Shown here: piece after piece, positions 1-8,479 of the stretch | Layout: the number at the start of each line of letters is the position of its first letter | Position numbering within the stretch: the first letter of the stretch is position 1 | Source of the DNA: a virus | Length of the DNA: 64,000 nucleotides | Virus record (IMG/VR): IMGVR_UViG_3300028780_000001 | Reading direction: 5' to 3' (one strand) | Made by a program: the position numbers and the translations under genes | Notes under the pieces: generated by a model | What the model was told of the DNA's origin: nothing | Database searches by the model: none | What the model saw: only the letters and a program-made list of their open reading frames with translations

Positions 1-275
1 CGAGAGGCGTCGTTACGGTCGGACCGATCACGATCCGCGTGAACGGAGAACTCTGCCGAGAGGGTAACGTGTATGTGGACCCGGCCGGATACGTCAACGT
101 CAATGACCAGCACACGGTATTTGGTCATGGTATTGATCGGGTACCCTTTGGTAATGATACTGATCTTGTGAGGGGTAAGTTCGCTGGTTTCTGCGTGGAA
201 GGCGAGAAACATTGTGTCTGTGGCGGAGACTTGCCGCGCGTTCGTGCTGATTGCACAAACTGGCGTAAGGCGTAG
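1..275 (+). CDS. hypothetical protein, 3' part (ORF open to window start)
   Basis: Frame starting at nt 3 has no stop until TAG 273-275; Cys-rich C-terminus. Confidence 0.45.
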   Translation, partial: RGVVTVGPITIRVNGELCREGNVYVDPAGYVNVNDQHTVFGHGIDRVPFGNDTDLVRGKFAGFCVEGEKHCVCGGDLPRVRADCTNWRKA

Positions 276-326
276 AATTCCTTCGAGAACGGTCGAAATT
301 TTAACCAGTATAACGAAGGACGAAAC

Positions 327-641
327 ATGACATTCAATTTCAACCAGGCTAGTGTACGGTCGCACAAGGCCGGTTCCAAGGTTCACGTTATCAAGGCGCT
401 TATCTGCCTGAAAGAAGATCGCCCTCGCAAGCCTTCCGAACTCGACGTTCTGACGAAGGCGATCGACTACATCAAGTCGCTTGAGGCGGAAGTGTCGCGT
501 CAACAGTCGAGCGTTGTCGTTGAAAATTTCAGCGTTCGTATGGAAAGCGAATCTGGCACGCTGCAGAAGATCGGCGAAGCTGTCGGCCGTGGTGCGCTTG
601 GACGCCTGTTCGGCGGAAAACAATGGCAAATCAATGAATAA
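327..641 (+). CDS. hypothetical protein
   Basis: ATG ORF, AAGGA-like RBS upstream, same-strand gene train. Confidence 0.5.
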   Translation: MTFNFNQASVRSHKAGSKVHVIKALICLKEDRPRKPSELDVLTKAIDYIKSLEAEVSRQQSSVVVENFSVRMESESGTLQKIGEAVGRGALGRLFGGKQWQINE

Positions 642-1014
642 CGGAATCGATAAAGCCGCCGTGATGTCGAAGGGCATCGAGCAATGGCGAGAACATTACA
701 TGACATCGCACGATGAAGCTCGACAAGCTTCTGTCGACCCCGACAGGAAAGAAGCTTCCATAAGGATCGAGAATGCAAGGAGCAGAAAGCGGTCGGCTCT
801 CGCGTGTATGGCCGCGACATTGCTACTTCACGATCGAGCGGTAGTTGACGTATCGAACCGACGCAAGAAAATCCGCGCCGATTTCGAGGCGGCCGGAATG
901 CTGTTACCCGGCTATCGGTTGGGCTTTATTGGCGATCGACCTATAGCGATTTCGATCGATATCCCGCTAGTCGTAAAGAATCCGTTTCATATCGCAGGCT
1001 TGACGGGAATCTAA
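634..1014 (+). CDS. hypothetical protein
   Basis: Internal ATG 634 of ORF 481-1014, overlaps upstream stop by 8 nt. Confidence 0.45.
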   Translation: MNNGIDKAAVMSKGIEQWREHYMTSHDEARQASVDPDRKEASIRIENARSRKRSALACMAATLLLHDRAVVDVSNRRKKIRADFEAAGMLLPGYRLGFIGDRPIAISIDIPLVVKNPFHIAGLTGI

Positions 1015-1286
1015 TGGCTCTCGAAAAGATTGGATTCATCCCTGTCGATCCCGTAGGCGGATCGGAGTCAGCGGCGCGAAATGGATGGTCAGGTGACATT
1101 CATCCGAACTGCATTCGGTCGACAAAGGAAGGTGCTGCGAAAGCATGGTTTCTTCGCCAGACATGGGACATCAACCAGCAACACGCCTTCTATACGGCGA
1201 CCAGTGGCGCCGCCTGGTGTGAGTTCCTTGGCGTTCAGTTCAAGACGGTCTTTGTAGGAGAACTTACTAATGCTTTCCAGTCATAA
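1014..1286 (+). CDS. hypothetical protein
   Basis: TAATG stop-start overlap with upstream gene. Confidence 0.5.
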   Translation: MALEKIGFIPVDPVGGSESAARNGWSGDIHPNCIRSTKEGAAKAWFLRQTWDINQQHAFYTATSGAAWCEFLGVQFKTVFVGELTNAFQS

Positions 1287-1575
1287 GCCCAATTTTGTCG
1301 AGGACGGCATGCATAAGCCCGGCGCGCTCGCGAACAAGCCGGAAGAGTTCGTGTTTGTGACTGCCTCAGTTCCATACGGTTATCGATGGTATCAGGTGGC
1401 GATGTGCCAGGACGATATAGACCGTGATGTTCACGACCTGTTCGCGCATAGCCTTCAATCAACGGTCTTCGTCGGGCTCCATGACGGGACGTTCAAAACC
1501 TTTACGACGCTCACGGCATGGAGCGAATTTCTGTCAGGCTTCCGAGGGGCGGTCAATGATAAACGGACTTCTTGA
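1270..1575 (+). CDS. hypothetical protein
   Basis: ATG ORF in gene train; start uncertain (alt ATG 1309). Confidence 0.45.
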   Translation: MLSSHKPNFVEDGMHKPGALANKPEEFVFVTASVPYGYRWYQVAMCQDDIDRDVHDLFAHSLQSTVFVGLHDGTFKTFTTLTAWSEFLSGFRGAVNDKRTS

Positions 1576-1894
1576 ATTTCGGGAAGAGCGCGACGAAGCT
1601 CGCATGCGCTTGCGAACGGAAATATTTCGTCAGACGCTAGACCAGTCATCGCGGGGTCGATCCGTCTGGAGATCGTTCCTCGCGATGGGCGATCAGGCTC
1701 TACATACTAGCGTCGGAACCCCACGTAGCGCCAAGGAGAGGTGGCGTGATGCGTATCGCGATACTCGAAAACGCGATAGGGAGATTTGCAAGTCGATTTC
1801 AAGCATTACAAGCCAATGGATGTCAACGTACGTCAAATGCATCGTTGCGCCGCGCAAGATAGATTCATTGCTAGGTCGACCTAGTGGTTTTTAG
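1556..1894 (+). CDS. hypothetical protein (basic)
   Basis: Internal ATG 1556 of ORF 1424-1894. Confidence 0.4.
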   Translation: MINGLLEFREERDEARMRLRTEIFRQTLDQSSRGRSVWRSFLAMGDQALHTSVGTPRSAKERWRDAYRDTRKRDREICKSISSITSQWMSTYVKCIVAPRKIDSLLGRPSGF

Positions 1895-1970
1895 AATTGT
1901 CGACGCGTTTCGATTGATGTAGTATCGGGTCTCGTCGACGTTGTTCGACTTTTATAGAAAGGAACAGAAA
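1871..1970 (+). promoter_or_regulatory. early promoter-leader cassette (variant copy)
   Basis: Palindrome CTAGGTCGACCTAG 1871-1884 + T-run; -35 TTGTCG 1897-1902, 17-nt spacer, -10 TAGTAT 1920-1925; AGAAAGGAACAGAAA 1956-1970 then ATG 1971. Confidence 0.55.
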
Positions 1971-2420
1971 ATGAAAGAATTTCCACTGTCAATACTTCGC
2001 GAAGCAAACATCAAGCGTCTTCCGCAGTTTCGCGATCGCCAAGGAAACCTTGCACACACGCATCCGCAGGGGAAGTGCTGGTCGCCGGATCGATGGATGA
2101 ATGCTGTAACCGGCGAAGTGGGCGAACTTGCTGGCGAGCTTAAAAAGGCTGCGCGCGGTGACTATGGCCTGGATACGCGGTACGCGATGGACCATAACGT
2201 CGACGCCATTCCTGAATCCGTCAAGTTAAAGATCGCTCAAGAAATGGCCGACGTGGTTACATACCTTGATTTGCTGGCGATTCAATTCGACATCGATCTA
2301 GGTCAGGCGATCAAGGATAAGTTCAACATCGTTTCGGGACGCGTCAACTCGTCGATTTGCATCGTCGAGTTTTCCGACGGAACGTTTGTTGTTTCCGACG
2401 GCAACGAAATCCCCTTCTGA
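1971..2420 (+). CDS. MazG-like nucleoside triphosphate pyrophosphohydrolase
   Basis: EVGELAGELKK and EMADVVTYLDLLA helices typical of all-alpha MazG family; ATG directly after cassette leader. Confidence 0.65.
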   Translation: MKEFPLSILREANIKRLPQFRDRQGNLAHTHPQGKCWSPDRWMNAVTGEVGELAGELKKAARGDYGLDTRYAMDHNVDAIPESVKLKIAQEMADVVTYLDLLAIQFDIDLGQAIKDKFNIVSGRVNSSICIVEFSDGTFVVSDGNEIPF

Positions 2421-2429
2421 CCGGTTTAT

Positions 2430-2813
2430 ATGGCCCGCTTTCACTGCCGTTGCCGTCACTGTCGCACGCGTCGGGTGCTGAAGCAACACCCAACCGGGTA
2501 CACGGCTGTTCCGCAGTGCCGCGTGTGTGGAAAACGCTTCTATACGTTCAAAAACAAGCTGGTCGGTCCTATATTCGTCGTCGACAAATGGATGCAGCGC
2601 CGTACGAAGAAGAATCGCGCAATGGGCTGTATGTGCATCGGCTATAAATGGGAAGGTAACATGACCGGAGCCATGCATCGTCGCGGCTCGAAGCAATGCT
2701 GGTTCAGGGCGAACGGCGATCAACGCGTGTACGGTGACTCGGATTATTTTATGGACCCTGACATAGAAAGGATGGATTATGAAAGCAACACAGAAGTTTT
2801 ACGCGCGGCCTGA
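2430..2813 (+). CDS. zinc-ribbon protein
   Basis: CRCRHC...CRVC cysteine pairs at N-terminus. Confidence 0.5.
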   Translation: MARFHCRCRHCRTRRVLKQHPTGYTAVPQCRVCGKRFYTFKNKLVGPIFVVDKWMQRRTKKNRAMGCMCIGYKWEGNMTGAMHRRGSKQCWFRANGDQRVYGDSDYFMDPDIERMDYESNTEVLRAA

Positions 2814-3009
2814 TAAAGCGCCGACGACCGAAGTCGTACCCGTACTCGCGAATCACGCGGTCGACGGCGATCGCGGCGTGAACCTTCGCTTTATCGCCGT
2901 CGGTGAAAGCGCAGCATCCGGCGAAATGCATGTTCGCATGTCGAGCTTCGAAGCGCTGTCGCTCGCGGCTGAAATCGTGCTGAAGGTTGCGCGAGCGAAA
3001 GTGTTCTAA
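2779..3009 (+). CDS. hypothetical protein
   Basis: GAAAGGA RBS 7 nt upstream of ATG. Confidence 0.5.
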   Translation: MKATQKFYARPDKAPTTEVVPVLANHAVDGDRGVNLRFIAVGESAASGEMHVRMSSFEALSLAAEIVLKVARAKVF

Positions 3010-3389
3010 TGCAACGCGCCTTTACGCTAGATGGCTGGGGTAATGGCCCGCTCTTCGCACCTGTCGTGAAGCAAAGACCGCTCGCACGCCCGAAAGGTCT
3101 TCAGGGTACGGTTAGAAGGCGTCAGGAGAGGGGGCGTACGCCTCGCTGGGCCGATCGGAAGGCAATGGCGGCAATCTACCGTCAAGCGCGCCTGTTGACC
3201 CGTCTAACGGGCGAATTATGGGTCGTTGACCATATCGTTCCACTGTTCGGAAAGTACAACGGCGCCCATATCGTGAACGGCTTGCATTGGGAAGGGAACA
3301 TGCGGGTCGTTCATTGGCGTGAAAACGCACTCAAGGGGAATTTTGAATGGCCCGATATGCCGGTTAAACAGTTAGAGTTTTTACTCTAA
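3009..3389 (+). CDS. HNH endonuclease
   Basis: VDHIVPL...NGLHWEGNMRVVHWRENALKGN (His-Asn-His core). Confidence 0.8.
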   Translation: MQRAFTLDGWGNGPLFAPVVKQRPLARPKGLQGTVRRRQERGRTPRWADRKAMAAIYRQARLLTRLTGELWVVDHIVPLFGKYNGAHIVNGLHWEGNMRVVHWRENALKGNFEWPDMPVKQLEFLL

Positions 3390-3480
3390 TTTGGGCGATT
3401 GACGTCGAGAAAGGTCGAGAATACTATTCGTCTAACGGTTCGCAACGTGCGTTCCGATCCACAGAAAGGAATAGAAAGAA
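3372..3480 (+). promoter_or_regulatory. early promoter-leader cassette
   Basis: TTAGAG-N6-CTCTAA 3372-3389 (covers HNH stop); -35 TTGACG 3399-3404; TCGA at 3405/3415; -10 TACTAT 3422-3427; AGAAAGGAATAGAAA 3463-3477. Confidence 0.65.
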
Positions 3481-4149
3481 ATGAAAAAGATCGCTTTCGC
3501 CGTTGCAGTCGCCTTCGCTTCGATCAATGCCCACGCAGACGACTGGATGCCGCGCATTCAGGTCGGTTCCGGCTATCAGTTCTCTAAGGACATGGGCGAT
3601 GGAACCTGGATTCAGCAAGGCGCATTCAACAATCACGAGCAGACAAACGGCGCGGCGTTATCGATTGGACTCACGGGTCGTATCTGGACTAGCGGTCCAT
3701 GGTCGGTCGACTATCACCTTGACTATGTGTATTACGGCCAGCAGTCGGCCAGTGTCGACGGCGTTCCCGACAACCAGTACAACGCGCAAACCCATCGCAT
3801 TGTCGGATATCAGGGTGAACGCCTGAGCCCGTTTAACGGTCAAGGCCACGTTCAAGGTATTCCGCTCACGCTCGATATCGGCTACACGTACAACGGATGG
3901 CGCGTATCGGCTGAAGGCGGCGCTTGGGAGTACTGGAATACGTGGCACGAGTCGCTGTATGATCTGTCGAACCAATGGGTCGACCTTTCTCACGTCACCA
4001 AGCCGCAGACTGGATTCGTCGTTGGCGCTCGCGTCGAGCATGGCCCGCTGTCGCTGTCGTACCGGTACTACCAAGTCAAAGAACAGTGGAATCCGCAACC
4101 GGGACTTGTGACAGGTACTCAAATGCTCATGCTACAGTACAAGTTCTAA
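3481..4149 (+). CDS. outer-membrane beta-barrel protein with signal peptide
   Basis: MKKIAFAVAVAFASINAHA signal peptide, alternating aromatic/Gly strands, C-terminal ...LQYKF. Confidence 0.65.
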   Translation: MKKIAFAVAVAFASINAHADDWMPRIQVGSGYQFSKDMGDGTWIQQGAFNNHEQTNGAALSIGLTGRIWTSGPWSVDYHLDYVYYGQQSASVDGVPDNQYNAQTHRIVGYQGERLSPFNGQGHVQGIPLTLDIGYTYNGWRVSAEGGAWEYWNTWHESLYDLSNQWVDLSHVTKPQTGFVVGARVEHGPLSLSYRYYQVKEQWNPQPGLVTGTQMLMLQYKF

Positions 4150-4170
4150 ACTCTGTAAGGACTGTTTATC

Positions 4171-4380
4171 ATGCCAGAAAGAAAACTTTTGTCGATCTTT
4201 GTCGAGTGGCGCGATGAAAAGGGCGATCGCGATTCGGTCACGTACTACGCCGAAACGCTTGGGGATTCACGCGCCAGGCTTCGTGCTGCGCAACGGGTCG
4301 AGATTTGTCGATCGTCTCAGTTCGTGATCACCGCGTATCGTTTCGAACATAGCGACGGTTCGGTAACCAACGCTATTTAG
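4171..4380 (+). CDS. hypothetical protein
   Basis: ATG ORF; stop TAG lies inside cassette inverted repeat. Confidence 0.5.
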   Translation: MPERKLLSIFVEWRDEKGDRDSVTYYAETLGDSRARLRAAQRVEICRSSQFVITAYRFEHSDGSVTNAI

Positions 4381-4480
4381 AGTCTTTCCTCTAATTTTCA
4401 GGTTCCGTTCGTCGAGATTGTTCGATAAGATTCTTTCACGGTCGACGAACGGCCGGAACCTAGAAAGGAATAGAAAGATC
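4377..4480 (+). promoter_or_regulatory. early promoter-leader cassette
   Basis: TTAGAG 4377-4382/CTCTAA 4389-4394; TCGA at 4412/4422/4442; -10 TAAGAT 4426-4431; AGAAAGGAATAGAAA 4462-4476. Confidence 0.6.
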
Positions 4481-4732
4481 ATGGACAAGATTCGGATTAC
4501 GCCGCTCGACACGAAAAATCTTGACGAAATTACCTTGGTCGATCCACTAATTACCGCGTTTCGCAACGCGATGCGCTTCGGAAACTCCACGGTTATCGCG
4601 ATGATCAAGGGTTCTCCGTACATTTTCTTCGTCGAAAAATCTTCTCTTGGGCTCGACAAGTTTTACGCCCGACTGCTGAATGAGAACGGCGAAATCGTTG
4701 CAATCTGCGACTTCGACAGTTTCGATATGTAA
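4481..4732 (+). CDS. hypothetical protein
   Basis: ATG right after cassette leader. Confidence 0.6.
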   Translation: MDKIRITPLDTKNLDEITLVDPLITAFRNAMRFGNSTVIAMIKGSPYIFFVEKSSLGLDKFYARLLNENGEIVAICDFDSFDM

Positions 4733-4739
4733 ATCAACC

Positions 4740-4770
4740 GGGCGCCGCGAGCGCCCATTTCTTTCGTTTT
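4740..4770 (+). terminator. intrinsic terminator
   Basis: GGGCGC-cgcga-GCGCCC followed by ATTTCTTTCGTTTT. Confidence 0.6.
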
Positions 4771-4782
4771 GGAGAACGAACC

Positions 4783-5076
4783 ATGCGCACTGGACCTAAC
4801 TTCCGATCGCTTCAAATCCTGCTGAAGACCCGCGAGCAGCGTCGCGTCGACGAAGCGTTCGACGAAGCGTTCGACGATGTCACATACGATCGCTCACGCG
4901 CCGTCGAACTGGCGAAACTCGAAGACGCCGAAAAGGCGTATCACCTTTCGGCTCAATTCCGCCTTGACGTGATTCAGGAACTGATCGACGAAGGCCGCAC
5001 ACGCCAGCAAGCGGAAGGCATGACGCGGGATCAAGCGCGCCTGTTCCGTGAAGCACAACGCCTGGGCGCAATGTGA
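4783..5076 (+). CDS. hypothetical protein
   Basis: GGAGAA RBS before ATG. Confidence 0.55.
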   Translation: MRTGPNFRSLQILLKTREQRRVDEAFDEAFDDVTYDRSRAVELAKLEDAEKAYHLSAQFRLDVIQELIDEGRTRQQAEGMTRDQARLFREAQRLGAM

Positions 5077-5576
5077 ACAGCGGCGCAACCATAAGCGAGT
5101 GCGGTCTGTACCGGATGGACCTGTTCCGCATTGTTAGCAAACCAACGGCAGAGCCGATCGAGATAGTTTACGTTGGTGTGAATCCGTCGACGGCCGGTCC
5201 TTTAAATGACGACCAGACCATCGCAAAACTTCGCGAGTTCACGAGGCGATCTGGCGCCTTCAAGTTCTCTATTGTCAATCTGTTCGCCTATCGCTCGACC
5301 GACGTAAAGGAACTCGCCAAGGTTTCGGACCCGGTCGGAAAATTGAACAACAGGGCTATTAGCGATGCGCTCGCGCGCTCGGATATCGTCGTCCCAATGT
5401 GGGGGTCGCGGAACAAGCTTCCGAAGGTTCTATGGCCGCGCATCGATGAAGTTGTCGACGGGATTCGACGCTCGAACAAGCTGGTTATGACGTTCGGATT
5501 CACAAAGACCGGCGACCCTAAACACCCTTTGATGCTTGGGTACGACACCAAGCTAACACTATGGAACCTGGAATGA
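5073..5576 (+). CDS. DUF1643-like protein
   Basis: SECGLYRMDLFR, VGVNPSTAG, IVNLFAYRSTD motifs as remembered for DUF1643; GTGA overlap start. Confidence 0.55.
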   Translation: MNSGATISECGLYRMDLFRIVSKPTAEPIEIVYVGVNPSTAGPLNDDQTIAKLREFTRRSGAFKFSIVNLFAYRSTDVKELAKVSDPVGKLNNRAISDALARSDIVVPMWGSRNKLPKVLWPRIDEVVDGIRRSNKLVMTFGFTKTGDPKHPLMLGYDTKLTLWNLE

Positions 5577-5779
5577 AATTCGCATCTAGCCTTTGGCTCG
5601 TTAGCGTCTATGCTGAAAGATCACACACGAATCCTTCGTGGACGACAAACGTACGAGCGACGAGCAAGCATGGCGCGATCATTTGCGCCATGACCGTTTA
5701 TCAAGGGGCGATTGGTCGCATCGAGTGCGAGCCTTTCGACGGATACGGCGAAGCGTCGCCGGAATGGACGGGCGAATGA
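5561..5779 (+). CDS. hypothetical protein
   Basis: ATG ORF, start uncertain (alt 5573). Confidence 0.4.
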   Translation: MEPGMKFASSLWLVSVYAERSHTNPSWTTNVRATSKHGAIICAMTVYQGAIGRIECEPFDGYGEASPEWTGE

Positions 5780-6003
5780 AGTCCGATCTTAAAGAAGGCG
5801 ACACACCGCCGGAAGACGTTGGCGAGATTTACGCCGACATGCACCTTCAGTTCGAGGCGCGGTATCCGACGGCGTCGCACCGCAAGATCGCGACAATGGT
5901 CGCCGTTCACTATATCGAAGAGTCGTTGCGCGTTACGCGCGAACGTGACTTGCTTCAGCTTGCGTTCGATAACCTGAAGGAGGCGGCGAAGTCGGTCGAT
6001 TAG
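5776..6003 (+). CDS. hypothetical protein
   Basis: ATGA overlap with upstream stop; stop TAG inside cassette repeat. Confidence 0.5.
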   Translation: MKSDLKEGDTPPEDVGEIYADMHLQFEARYPTASHRKIATMVAVHYIEESLRVTRERDLLQLAFDNLKEAAKSVD

Positions 6004-6089
6004 AGTGTTTCCTCTATTGCGCCGGTCGACGCTTGTCGATAGTATTCGTTCACGGTCGCGTGACCGGCGCAACGCAGAAAGGAACAGAA
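6000..6089 (+). promoter_or_regulatory. early promoter-leader cassette (short form)
   Basis: TTAGAG 6000-6005/CTCTAT 6012-6017; -35 TTGCGC 6017-6022; TCGA 6026/6036; -10 TAGTAT 6040-6045; AGAAAGGAACAGAA 6076-6089. Confidence 0.6.
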
Positions 6090-6269
6090 ATGCGTACTTT
6101 TGACGATCATAGCGGCTTGCTCAAGACCCTGGATGAAAAGCACTTCAGCGAGTTTCGCACGAAGCACGGCGCAATCCTGTTCATCGTCGGCTGTGCGCTT
6201 GTAGGCCTCCTGGTTCCCCTGTGCGGTGTTCTGTGCTTCACTAACTGGCTCGACCCGCTCTTTCACTGA
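6090..6269 (+). CDS. small membrane protein
   Basis: ATG after leader; hydrophobic AILFIVGCALVGLLVPLCGVLCF. Confidence 0.55.
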   Translation: MRTFDDHSGLLKTLDEKHFSEFRTKHGAILFIVGCALVGLLVPLCGVLCFTNWLDPLFH

Positions 6270-6272
6270 ATC

Positions 6273-6458
6273 ATGACCGCGAGCCTGCTAGACGACGATT
6301 CAATAAGCCTGGTCCGCAAGTTCGTTGCGGTCTTTGGCGCCGACGCGTACGAACGCCTGTGCGACAAGTTCGCCGGGCAACCGGACGAGCGTTTAATCTC
6401 AACCATGAAAAGGGCCTTGTATGGCGACCCGCAAGAAACCGATCCCCGTACCGATTGA
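6273..6458 (+). CDS. hypothetical protein
   Basis: ATG ORF in train. Confidence 0.4.
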   Translation: MTASLLDDDSISLVRKFVAVFGADAYERLCDKFAGQPDERLISTMKRALYGDPQETDPRTD

Positions 6459-6684
6459 AGACGCGCGCTTCATTGCGCATGGCGTAACCGACCCGGAACT
6501 TACCGAGGCCCGTACGAAGGGCTATTCGGTCGCGTTCCTGTACGAGACGAAGGGTATATCGCTCGACGAATGGCAAAAGGTCTGGTTTGCATTCCGCCCC
6601 TCGAAAGAAGAGGAAATGGAGCGGACCATGTCCGAAGCCGTCCGCACAGGCAACGCCCGCAACCCCGTTCGAATCGAGTTTTGA
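6421..6684 (+). CDS. hypothetical protein
   Basis: ATG ORF in train. Confidence 0.45.
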   Translation: MATRKKPIPVPIEDARFIAHGVTDPELTEARTKGYSVAFLYETKGISLDEWQKVWFAFRPSKEEEMERTMSEAVRTGNARNPVRIEF

Positions 6685-6686
6685 TC

Positions 6687-6905
6687 ATGCCAAACACAAT
6701 CAGACATACCCATCGCCTCATGCGAATCAAAGACGGCCTGTCGTTCGTCGTCGAAATCGAACTGAACATTGATGAAATCGCACAGTCGCTGGCGGCACGC
6801 GCGATCGAGTCGAAGAGTCAGAAGTCGCAAGCCTTGAACGGCGATATCAAATGCAGGGTGATTTCTACCGGCGACGATATCCAGAAGAAGACACTACAGG
6901 TTTGA
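6687..6905 (+). CDS. hypothetical protein
   Basis: Internal ATG 6687 of ORF 6570-6905, 2 nt after upstream stop. Confidence 0.45.
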   Translation: MPNTIRHTHRLMRIKDGLSFVVEIELNIDEIAQSLAARAIESKSQKSQALNGDIKCRVISTGDDIQKKTLQV

Positions 6906-6908
6906 GCC

Positions 6909-7274
6909 GTGGCAAAGGACCGTTCAGACTATCTCTTTACGCGCAAGACCATTCGAGAGAGTATCCCCCTCAGAAGTGGCCTTGAGGCCCGCGAGATAGC
7001 GGCTGTGAGCGGTTACTCGCTGATTTCTGTACGCAGGGTCATTGCAGAACTAAAAGCCGCTGGTGACGTCTTCATCATTAGCTGGAAGGTCGAGCGAGAC
7101 GAGGAAGGATTTCCAACAGGCCAGCCGCGAGCACTTTATGCGCGTGGTGCGAAACGACCGGATGCACCGCGACCGGCGCCGATACCTAAGCCGCTTGTTT
7201 ACAAGCGCTATCGCGGGCGACGTGATCGCAAGCGCATTCACTTACGTTTATTTGGGGATGTCAATGAGTCTTGA
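6909..7274 (+). CDS. winged-helix-like DNA-binding protein
   Basis: REIAAVSGYSLISVRRVIAELKAAGDV helix-turn-helix-like segment; basic tail. Confidence 0.45.
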   Translation: MAKDRSDYLFTRKTIRESIPLRSGLEAREIAAVSGYSLISVRRVIAELKAAGDVFIISWKVERDEEGFPTGQPRALYARGAKRPDAPRPAPIPKPLVYKRYRGRRDRKRIHLRLFGDVNES

Positions 7275-8013
7275 AGAATTGATGAATAGCATGGCCGGAA
7301 ATCTGTTGTTCCGCTCGAACCGGTTCAAGGGAACGGTCATTGCGCTGTGCAATCTGACGACGAACTTCGTCGAGCCGTGGATTGTTGGCGGATACCTCGT
7401 GATCATGGTCGACCCGCAGCACGAGCGCACGTACTTTGACGGCTTCGCGGTGTATCGCATCAAGTCGACGATTCTCGAAGCGCTTCCCTTCCTTCGTCGC
7501 GCCATGATGCAAACGAAAGTCGTTTTCGTCGCTGGCTTTCCGCCTTGCACCGATATGGCGGTGAGCGGGGCTCGCTGGTTCGAGCACAAGCGCAAGCTTG
7601 ACTCGATGTTTCAGGCGAAGGCGGTCGCGGTTGCCGAACAGTGTCGAATGGTTGGCGAGCTATCCGGCGCACCGTACCTTGTCGAGCAACCTGTAAGCGT
7701 GCTATCGCGTGTTTTTGGTAAGCCGCAGCATAGCTTTCATCCATGGCAATACACAGCCTACTGCGACGAGGACAATTACACGAAGCGTACGAACCTATGG
7801 ACGGGCAACGGCTTCGTCATGCCTGGTCCGAGTCGCTTCCCTGATACGCCAGCGCCCGATGACCGCATTCATAAAGCGCCGCCGGGAGAAGATCGAGCGA
7901 ACTTCCGCAGCGCAACGCCAAAGGGCTTCGCGCGAGCGGTCTATTGCCACAATGCACCGCATATTGTCGAAATGCGTCGACTGGAAATGGAAGCTTACCC
8001 GGACTCCCTGTAA
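7258..8013 (+). CDS. C5-cytosine-methyltransferase-fold protein (motif I degenerate)
   Basis: GFPPCTDMAVSG (PC motif), VEQPVS (ENV-like), TNLWTGNGF; Gly-loop position reads LCNLTTNF. Confidence 0.55.
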   Translation: MSMSLEELMNSMAGNLLFRSNRFKGTVIALCNLTTNFVEPWIVGGYLVIMVDPQHERTYFDGFAVYRIKSTILEALPFLRRAMMQTKVVFVAGFPPCTDMAVSGARWFEHKRKLDSMFQAKAVAVAEQCRMVGELSGAPYLVEQPVSVLSRVFGKPQHSFHPWQYTAYCDEDNYTKRTNLWTGNGFVMPGPSRFPDTPAPDDRIHKAPPGEDRANFRSATPKGFARAVYCHNAPHIVEMRRLEMEAYPDSL

Positions 8014-8126
8014 TGGAAGATACCCTCACAACCGCCGGTTGCCTTGTGGTGATCATTCTTGTCTGCTGGATTTTCGCGGAAGGAATAAATCTCTTCGGGC
8101 GCTGGCTGTGGAGCAGGAAACGATGA
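8013..8126 (+). CDS. small membrane peptide (37 aa)
   Basis: TAATG overlap; TTAGCLVVIILVCWIF hydrophobic core. Confidence 0.35.
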   Translation: MEDTLTTAGCLVVIILVCWIFAEGINLFGRWLWSRKR

Positions 8127-8479
8127 GAACGCAAGACCTTGAACGAGCTATTGTCCAGTGTAAGAAATTCTTTGTCAGTCCTAAGCATGGTCGCGCCGTC
8201 TATGAGTACAGCGATATTCGTGAGGTGCTCGCGACGAACAAGGTCGACGCGACAAAGATTACTAACGGAATGATGGGTCGCATGATCGCCAGATTTGGCG
8301 GGTTTGTTCTCCATCAGTCGACGATCGGCGGTAGAACTGTTTCGACGGTTCAGGCCGCGCCGGAACGTATCGAGCAATTGCGCAAGCTGGTGTCGAGCTA
8401 CGTCGACAAGCCGTCAAAAGGGTCGAACGGCGTGCGTTTTGGCGCCGGTCCAAAATACTCAACAAGGGCGAGGTTCTAA
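8123..8479 (+). CDS. hypothetical protein
   Basis: ATGA overlap with upstream stop. Confidence 0.5.
   Translation: MRTQDLERAIVQCKKFFVSPKHGRAVYEYSDIREVLATNKVDATKITNGMMGRMIARFGGFVLHQSTIGGRTVSTVQAAPERIEQLRKLVSSYVDKPSKGSNGVRFGAGPKYSTRARF

Noticed and set aside
7063-7257. N-terminal extension of the MTase-fold ORF
   Set aside because: It is completely overlapped by the better-supported 6909-7274 gene in another frame. ATG 7258 gives normal coupling.
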